From Promethearchaeota archaeon (GTDB taxonomy: Archaea > Asgardarchaeota > Lokiarchaeia > Sigyniarchaeales > SOKP01), in contig JBHLMP010000041.1 of the NCBI GenBank assembly GCA_048938025.1, positions 1 to 35,086 on the forward strand: DNA of 35,086 bases, in the 5' to 3' direction. Numbering within the stretch: the first letter of the stretch is position 1; each line of letters begins with the position of its first letter. This document shows, piece after piece, positions 28,910-35,086 of the stretch. The notes under the pieces were generated by a model that was given only the letters and a program-made list of their open reading frames with translations, was not told where the DNA came from and searched no databases. The translations under genes were made by a program, and so were the position numbers.

Positions 28910-29308
28910 TTGGGAAAAAACTTAAATGATATATGGGTCTTAACAGAAAGTGGGATAACAGTATATAGTCGTGTTCTTGATCCAAGGATTAACCCCCAAC
29001 TGTTTGGAGCACTTATGAGTGCATTAAATTTATTTGCAGAACAGCTGTCTAACGGGGGTATTACGAATTTTGAGTTAAGTAGATTACGATTTACAATTAT
29101 TAAAAAAAATCATTTTATTTTTGTAGCAAATTCATCAAATAAATCAAAAGAGAAAAAAGTTTTAAATGAATTAAGTCGAATTTCAGATAAATTTTTTGAA
29201 TTATATCCAGAAGAAGTTTTAGAGAAATGGGATAATGATATTAACATCTTCGCAAGTTTTGAAAATGAAATAAAAGACTCATTAGAAGAAACTACAAAAA
29301 AGTTCTAA
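28910..29308 (+). CDS. Longin-like domain protein
   Basis: 'DIWVLTESGITVYSR...PQLFGALMSALNLFAEQL...ITNFEL...FFELYP...WDNDINIFASF'. Confidence 0.75.
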   Translation: MGKNLNDIWVLTESGITVYSRVLDPRINPQLFGALMSALNLFAEQLSNGGITNFELSRLRFTIIKKNHFIFVANSSNKSKEKKVLNELSRISDKFFELYPEEVLEKWDNDINIFASFENEIKDSLEETTKKF

Positions 29309-29461
29309 AAAGCTTAGCATGTAAAATTTTTCATTATATTTATCTCAATATTTTATTTCTTATTGTCTATAATAGAAAAAAATTTAAGAAGAATTAGATT
29401 CTTAATTATTGAATTAAATTAAAAATAATTTTTTAAAAGTAGATAATCAAAATAAAATAAT

Positions 29462-29806
29462 ATGGATAAAGAAGAATACACTAAAAGGAAAAATCTTTCA
29501 AATAATTCTAATTTTCATAAAAATTTGAAAGAAGAACGAACTATTGAAAAATACAGTTCACTTTCTTCAGATTATCTTCATGATATTATTAAAAACATAT
29601 CAAGACCAAAATTTTTAGGTTCTATTCATTTAAAAAATGACACAAATATTTACAATCGTTCAGTTGAAAATTTATTAAAAGGTGAATTAGAAGAAAATTT
29701 AACAAAATCCTTAAAAAATACGTTCTTAAACCCGATCACAAAAACTCTAATAATCTTAGTACTTGTCTTTAATATTATCTGGTTCTTCTTAATTTACTTA
29801 TTTTAA
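29462..29806 (+). CDS. Hypothetical tail-anchored membrane protein
   Basis: Hydrophilic ~90-aa body and a single C-terminal hydrophobic helix 'TLIILVLVFNIIWFFLIYLF' ending at the stop. Confidence 0.6.
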   Translation: MDKEEYTKRKNLSNNSNFHKNLKEERTIEKYSSLSSDYLHDIIKNISRPKFLGSIHLKNDTNIYNRSVENLLKGELEENLTKSLKNTFLNPITKTLIILVLVFNIIWFFLIYLF

Positions 29807-29928
29807 AAGAGCAATCAAATTTATTTAGAAAAAATTTTATTTCTTTTTAATAAAAGATTTTTTATAATTAGAATTTTTAATTCATAACTAATTTACTTAA
29901 AATATTAATTTTAAGGGGTAGTTTTTAA

Positions 29929-31398
29929 TTGATTTATGATGTTATCATTATTGGTGGTGGCGTAATTGGTTGTTGTATTGCACGAACTCTCTCAAAATAT
30001 GATTTAAAAATATGTTTATTGGAAAAAGAAGCTGAACTTGCATCTGGAACAACAAAAGGAAACTCTGGAGTTGTACATGCCGGTTATGCTGCCCCAAGAG
30101 AATATGTAAGGAGAAATTTATGTATTAGAGGAAATAAATTATACACTCAGGCTGCTGAAGAATTAAATTTTCCATTTCAAAGAATTGGATCCTTTGTGGT
30201 TGCTTTAGAAGATAGTCAAATTAAAGTATTAGAGGAGCAGAGAAGACAAGGAATACAAGATGGTATACCTGGATTAGAAGTAATTTTAGATAAAGAGAAA
30301 ATAAAATATATGGAACCTAATATAAATGATGAAGTTGTTGGTGTGCTCCACGCTCCTACTGCCGGGATTGTAAGTCCTTATGAAATGACATTTGCATTAG
30401 CAGATAATGCGGCTATGAACGGAGTTAAATTTTTTTTAAATCAAAAAGTTAGAAGGATTAAACATCAAGATTATACTTTCACAATTAAAACAAAATCAGA
30501 AGAACTTAAAGCACGTAATGTTATTAATGCAGCTGGTTTATATGCGGCAAGAATTTCTAAATTAATAGGCTTAGATTATTTCGAAATTATGCCCCGGAGA
30601 GGGGAGTATATTTTATTTGATAGAAATGCACTTCATTTAAACAAAATATTATTTCCAACTCCTACAAAAGTATCTAAAGGGATATTAGTTTGTCCAACGT
30701 GTCATGAAAACACATTTGTTGGTCCTAATGCTCAGAACATTACTGACAAGAAAGATATATCTACTACCGAAGCCGGATTAAAAGAAATTTTAGAAGCTGG
30801 TAGAAAGTTAGTACCAAATTTACCTGCAAGAAGTTCTATTAGAAATTTTGCTGGATTAAGAGCAGTTCCTGATAGTTATGATTTTATAATAGATAATACT
30901 GATGTATATGGTTTTATAAATGTAGCAGGAATATTATCTCCAGGTTTAACTTCTTGCTACGCAATAGCAGAAAAAGTTGTAGAATTTCTTGAGCTATTAG
31001 GTATTGAACTAAAAGTTAAAGAGAATTATAATCCAATTCGCCCAAAGCCAGAGAGATTTAAAGATTTTTCCAAGGAAGAACTCGATCAGAAGATAAAAGA
31101 AGACTTATCATGGGGTAGAATTATATGTCGATGTGAAACTATCCCTGAGAAAGAAATTATAAATGCCATTCATGCTCCAGTAGGAGCAACCACCTTAGAT
31201 GGTGTAAAATTCAGATGTAGACCAGGAATGGGACGTTGTCAAGGTGGATTCTGTCGACCAAGAGTCATCGAAATTCTATCGAGAGAGTTAAACATACCAT
31301 ATGAAGAAGTAACAAAAAGAGGTGAAGATACTAATCTCTTAATAGCTAAGACGAAAGATTTTATATTAAATAGACTAGAAAGAGGTGTTGAGGAGTGA
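29929..31398 (+). CDS. FAD-dependent glycerol-3-phosphate dehydrogenase-like (GlpA/LhgO family) subunit with BFD-like [2Fe-2S] domain
   Basis: 'IIGGGVIG', 'TTKGNSGVVHAG', 'FAGLRA', 'SPGLTS'; C-terminal 'ICRCE...GMGRCQGGFC'. Confidence 0.85.
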   Translation: MIYDVIIIGGGVIGCCIARTLSKYDLKICLLEKEAELASGTTKGNSGVVHAGYAAPREYVRRNLCIRGNKLYTQAAEELNFPFQRIGSFVVALEDSQIKVLEEQRRQGIQDGIPGLEVILDKEKIKYMEPNINDEVVGVLHAPTAGIVSPYEMTFALADNAAMNGVKFFLNQKVRRIKHQDYTFTIKTKSEELKARNVINAAGLYAARISKLIGLDYFEIMPRRGEYILFDRNALHLNKILFPTPTKVSKGILVCPTCHENTFVGPNAQNITDKKDISTTEAGLKEILEAGRKLVPNLPARSSIRNFAGLRAVPDSYDFIIDNTDVYGFINVAGILSPGLTSCYAIAEKVVEFLELLGIELKVKENYNPIRPKPERFKDFSKEELDQKIKEDLSWGRIICRCETIPEKEIINAIHAPVGATTLDGVKFRCRPGMGRCQGGFCRPRVIEILSRELNIPYEEVTKRGEDTNLLIAKTKDFILNRLERGVEE

Positions 31399-32693
31399 AA
31401 CAATATAAAGCAGATATAGCTATTATAGGATCTGGGGCAGCAGGACTAGCAGCAGCAATAGAGGTTAAAAAAGCAAACTTAAGTGTCTTAATTATAGAAA
31501 GAGATAAAGAATTAGGGGGTATCACCTTACAATGTATTCATAATGGGTTTGGATTAAAGGAGTTTCAGGAAGAATTAACTGGTCCAGAATATGCTCAAAG
31601 ATTTATCAACCAAGTAAAAGAATTAGAGATTCCTTATTTGCTAAATACTATGGTAATTGAATTAACTAAAGATAAAAATATCTATGCAGTTAATAATGAA
31701 GAAGGTCTAATCGAAGTGAAAGCTAAAGCAATAATCTTAGCAATGGGATGTCGTGAAAGAACAAGAGGTGCAATTAATATACCTGGATTTAGACCAGCTG
31801 GAATATATACAGCGGGGCAAGCTCAAAGATTCGTAAATATTGAGGGATATTTGCCAGGGAGTACTTTTGTTATTTTAGGGAGTGGAGATATAGGAATGAT
31901 TATGGCAAGAAGATTAACATGGGAAGGATGCAAAGTTAAAGCTGTAGTTGAGATTTTACCCTATGTGAGTGGTTTATTAAGAAATCAAGTACAATGTTTA
32001 GAAGATTACGATATTCCACTTATAACTAACTACACAGTTACCAAAATTCATGGTAGAGATAGAGTGAAAGGAGTAACAATAACTAAAGTTGATAGAAATT
32101 TTGATAGAATCATTGGTTCTGATAAATTTATTGAATGTGATACTCTACTATTATCAGTAGGGTTAATTCCTGAAAACGAATTAACTCTAAGTGCGGGGGC
32201 AGAACTTTCAAAAAATGGTGGTCCAATTGTTGATAATAATTTGGAGATAACAATTGAAGGAATATTTGCTTGTGGGAATGTTCTACAAGTCCACGATTTA
32301 GTTGATTTAGTGACTGCTGAAGCAAAGAGAGCGGGGCAAAATGCAGTAGAATATATTAAAAACCGATATAGTAAAGCATCAAAAGAAAAAGAAATAATTA
32401 CATGTCTAGCAGGAGAAAATGTCAATTATGTTAAACCAGATATTATCAGAAAAAGAGATTTGGAGAATGACATAATTTTTACACTAAGAGTGAATTACCC
32501 TGATAGAAGGGTGCTTATTCAATTAAAAGATAATAACAATAATGTGATTTATAAAAGAAAGAAAGTTTATGTAATTCCTAGTGAAATGGTTGAATTAAAT
32601 GTTAATTTAAAGAAAAATGACATAGATCCAAAATGTAAATCTATTACCATTGAAGTTATCCCTCGTCCAGAGGTATTAATTGAAGAGGAGTGA
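31395..32693 (+). CDS. FAD/NAD(P)-dependent oxidoreductase subunit (partner of the GlpA-like protein)
   Basis: 'IIGSGAAGLAAA', 'QCIHNGFG', 'AMGCRER', 'GSGDIGMIMARR', 'CGNVLQVHDLVD'; GTGA overlap with the upstream gene. Confidence 0.88.
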   Translation: MKQYKADIAIIGSGAAGLAAAIEVKKANLSVLIIERDKELGGITLQCIHNGFGLKEFQEELTGPEYAQRFINQVKELEIPYLLNTMVIELTKDKNIYAVNNEEGLIEVKAKAIILAMGCRERTRGAINIPGFRPAGIYTAGQAQRFVNIEGYLPGSTFVILGSGDIGMIMARRLTWEGCKVKAVVEILPYVSGLLRNQVQCLEDYDIPLITNYTVTKIHGRDRVKGVTITKVDRNFDRIIGSDKFIECDTLLLSVGLIPENELTLSAGAELSKNGGPIVDNNLEITIEGIFACGNVLQVHDLVDLVTAEAKRAGQNAVEYIKNRYSKASKEKEIITCLAGENVNYVKPDIIRKRDLENDIIFTLRVNYPDRRVLIQLKDNNNNVIYKRKKVYVIPSEMVELNVNLKKNDIDPKCKSITIEVIPRPEVLIEEE

Positions 32694-33085
32694 TTAGAAA
32701 TATGTCAGAAAGTAGTCAAAGTGTAATAAAAGTGATAAGATGTATTGTTTGTCCAACTGGTTGTGAGATTCAAGTTAAACAAGATCAGAAAAGTAAAATT
32801 TCATTTGAGGGTTATACTTGTGAAAGAGGGTTGGAATATGCAGAGCAAGAATTCTATGAACCAAAGAGGATTCTTACAACTACTATGCGGGTTGAAAATG
32901 GTTTATTACCTTTAATTCCGGTAAGATCAGATAAACCTATCTTAAAAGATAAATTAAAAGATGTGCTGAAAGAAATTGCCAAGATAAAAATAGAAGCACC
33001 TATAGAAATGGGCGATGTGCTAATTGAAAATATCCTAGAATTAGGAGCAAATATTATCGCAAGTCGGAATTTAATAGAAAGCTAA
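32690..33085 (+). CDS. DUF1667 domain metal-binding protein (third subunit)
   Basis: 'CIVCPTGC...GYTCERG..YA..E...PKRILTTT', 'PIEMGDVL'; GTGA overlap with the upstream gene. Confidence 0.88.
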   Translation: MIRNMSESSQSVIKVIRCIVCPTGCEIQVKQDQKSKISFEGYTCERGLEYAEQEFYEPKRILTTTMRVENGLLPLIPVRSDKPILKDKLKDVLKEIAKIKIEAPIEMGDVLIENILELGANIIASRNLIES

Positions 33086-33096
33086 GGTATTACATT

Positions 33097-33552
33097 TTGT
33101 CAGATATGGATCAAATATACGAGGTTTATAATAATCTATACATAGGAGCCTACTGGCCAAGACTAAATTTTAATAAATTTAAAAAAATAGGTATTACTGC
33201 TATTGTTAATTTAATGGAAGAAAATCTTTATAATCCCAACTCTCAAGGTTTTGCTTATTTACATAAGGGATTTCCTGATGATTGGTATCCTCCTCACAAC
33301 TACCTCGAAGAAATTCTCTCATTTATTGATACGAATATAAAAAATGGAAAAGTTCTAGTACATTGCTCAATGGGAGTCTCTAGGAGTGGCGGAATTATTG
33401 TAGCGTGGTTATTAAAAGAACATCCTAGCTGGAGTTGGAGTGATGCTCTAAATTATGTAAAAAAATCACGGTTGATATATCCTGCTATTGAAATAAAAGA
33501 ATCAGTATTAGATTATTTGGAATCAAAGGAAGGATATAGAAGATCTGATTAA
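33097..33552 (+). CDS. Dual-specificity (Cys-based) phosphatase
   Basis: 'LYIG', 'GITAIVNL', and CX5R motif 'VLVHCSMGVSRSG'. Confidence 0.92.
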   Translation: MSDMDQIYEVYNNLYIGAYWPRLNFNKFKKIGITAIVNLMEENLYNPNSQGFAYLHKGFPDDWYPPHNYLEEILSFIDTNIKNGKVLVHCSMGVSRSGGIIVAWLLKEHPSWSWSDALNYVKKSRLIYPAIEIKESVLDYLESKEGYRRSD

Positions 33553-33608
33553 TTAAACATATTTTAAACGAGAGAACTTAAAATCATATAAAAATCTATT
33601 TTATCTTT

Positions 33609-33633
33609 AAAAAAAAAATAAAAAAAAATAAAA
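33609..33633 (-). terminator. Putative U-rich terminator after heliorhodopsin, in the convergent intergenic region
   Basis: Long A-runs separated by single T on the + strand just after the HeR stop. Confidence 0.4.
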
Positions 33634-33643
33634 TCATTTTAAT

Positions 33644-34516
33644 TTAACTTGGAGAGAGTACTCCTGCAAAAACAAACCAAGCAAGGAATGTTTTAGCAAA
33701 TAAACTTAATAACTGATACACCCGTTCTCCGTAGAGATAGTCTTTCCATTTTCCTACACCTTTATATTGAAGTACCATGTTAATAGCAAATGTATTGAAG
33801 AAAAATAGTTCAATTCCATAAATCCAATAGACAAACCAAGGAATTTCTCCTCCAATGGTCTGTGTACTAAGGAAATAACTTGTTATAACGATCCAAGGTA
33901 CAGCGCCAATAATACATCCAAGGATAAATGGGGTCCATTTTACTTTCTCATTTTTTTCACGAGTATAAACGTTATATAGTTCCATCATTAAACCGAACAT
34001 ATTCATTATCGCATTTGCCATGAAAATCATAAATAAAGACCAGAAATCCCAAACTCCAAAGAAAATAGCAATTAAGACAATCATAACCGAACTAGAAAAT
34101 GCATATTCAAACCACCGTACTTTATTGATTCCACGTTTTAGATTTCGAACATAGCTCTTATTAAGTGGATAAGCGATTAATAAATGGGCTATAGCAGACA
34201 TCAATAAAAATGACCCTACAAACACACCTAAGATTCTAAATGTAAAGAAAATTTGAGCATTAGGTTCAATAAGAAAAGTATCTGGTGCAATCTCTTCAAA
34301 TCTAAGATAAAAAGTGTAGATGGGTCTAGCAAAATCTAAGAGAAATCCAAGAAAAATCATCAATAACCCTTGTATTAGATGTAAAATCCCCATGTTTCGG
34401 TTGAATTTTGTTAGGTATTCAAATGTAATGGGTGACTCAGGTATTAACCAATCATCACGAGAATTATTTGCTTTCATAATTAAAAATAGCTTTAATTTGG
34501 ATTTAAACAAAATCAC
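33644..34516 (-). CDS. heR: Heliorhodopsin
   Basis: 'N..MGILHLIQG', 'SAIAH', 'NKVRWFEYAFSSSVM', 'N..MNMFG..ME', 'W..Y..GE..Y..LSLFAKTFLAW' (retinal-binding Lys). True start may be ATG at 34477. Confidence 0.95.
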   Translation of the reverse strand: MILFKSKLKLFLIMKANNSRDDWLIPESPITFEYLTKFNRNMGILHLIQGLLMIFLGFLLDFARPIYTFYLRFEEIAPDTFLIEPNAQIFFTFRILGVFVGSFLLMSAIAHLLIAYPLNKSYVRNLKRGINKVRWFEYAFSSSVMIVLIAIFFGVWDFWSLFMIFMANAIMNMFGLMMELYNVYTREKNEKVKWTPFILGCIIGAVPWIVITSYFLSTQTIGGEIPWFVYWIYGIELFFFNTFAINMVLQYKGVGKWKDYLYGERVYQLLSLFAKTFLAWFVFAGVLSPS

Positions 34517-34654
34517 TAGAAATTATAAATCTTAATCCAGTATTCTTTTGAATTGATAATAAATCTACTTATACTTTTAATAAAATATATAAAGCTAAAC
34601 TAGGATTATTTAATAAAAAATAAATTCATTCTAATAGTAAAAGAGGAGAAATTA

Positions 34655-34981
34655 TTGTCATTTGAAGAAAAAGTATTAAATATGTTAGAAAAAATAAATG
34701 AGAAACTAGATAAACTATTAGGAAGTGAAAGTTCTAGTGAAAGTGAAATTAAAACAGGTTCATCATTAGAAACAGTAAAACCATCTGAAATTGTTGAAAA
34801 ACAAGAAGCTGAAGAGAAGGCGATGGAAAAACCTCCAGTCGAAGGGAGAAGAATATGTCCAGAGTGCGGAGGTACTTCATTTAACACAGAGGAAGATAAA
34901 ACACAGGTGTTACATCAGCAGGGTGGCATAAAAATCTATAAAAAAAAATATATTTGTAGAAAATGCGGAAGAGAAGTTTAA
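34655..34981 (+). CDS. Zinc-ribbon protein with N-terminal coiled coil
   Basis: 'LEKINEKLDKL' heptads, acidic/Ser-rich linker, 'CPECG...YICRKCG'; GAGGAG upstream of the TTG start. Confidence 0.8.
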   Translation: MSFEEKVLNMLEKINEKLDKLLGSESSSESEIKTGSSLETVKPSEIVEKQEAEEKAMEKPPVEGRRICPECGGTSFNTEEDKTQVLHQQGGIKIYKKKYICRKCGREV

Positions 34982-35086
34982 GGATAAAAAATTAATTTCC
35001 TTTTTATTATCTAATTCCTATAGGATGGTTCTGCTTACCTGCTGCAATTTTGTCATGGTTTGGTAGTTATAAATTGTTTCTTATCC

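Noticed and set aside
15235-34887. Other short nested or antisense ORFs (15235, 21069, 21979, 24769, 25349, 26267, 32048, 32128, 34320, 34606)
   Set aside because: All lie opposite well-supported genes and lack motifs.
35035-35085. Minus-strand frame entering from the window edge: DKKQFITTKP-TGA-QNCSR-TAA (UxxC if TGA were selenocysteine)
   Set aside because: Only about 10 upstream codons are visible and no SECIS-like element was seen; TGA as an ordinary stop is the simpler reading. Needs flanking sequence.
1-35086. CRISPR arrays, tRNA/rRNA, transposases, integrases, defence systems
   Set aside because: No regularly spaced repeats, GC-rich structured RNA genes or recognisable motifs were found by eye.

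Overview
Very AT-rich, gene-dense archaeal chromosomal segment, most consistent with an Asgard archaeon (Lokiarchaeia/Promethearchaeota-like). This is inferred from an archaeal TFB, an archaeal/eukaryotic-type ProRS, two stand-alone longin-like proteins and Ig-like-repeat surface proteins. No rRNA, tRNA, CRISPR or mobile element was recognised. About 30 CDS, mostly metabolic: purple acid phosphatase (partial, missing from the ORF track), GT87, CDF-like transporter, nitroreductase, M24 and M20 peptidases, GH57 branching enzyme, PdaD plus tandem deoxyhypusine-synthase-like genes, D-cysteine desulfhydrase, enoyl-CoA hydratase, MBL hydrolase, PlsY-kinase fusion, LarA with a FAD/Fe-S 2-hydroxyacid dehydrogenase, FabK/NMO, a three-gene G3P-dehydrogenase-like operon, a dual-specificity phosphatase and a heliorhodopsin. 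Most notable: (1) a two-gene unit in which a Cys-rich membrane-anchored surface protein and a single-pass transmembrane double-wHTH transcription factor appear to share a homologous ectodomain, a candidate cell-surface signalling system; (2) a PlsY-like domain fused to a CTP-dependent lipid kinase domain; (3) PdaD divergent from tandem DHS paralogues; (4) a CDF core flanked by wHTH-like domains; (5) an unannotated 54-aa zinc-ribbon protein. All calls are from reading motifs by eye; no database searches were run.
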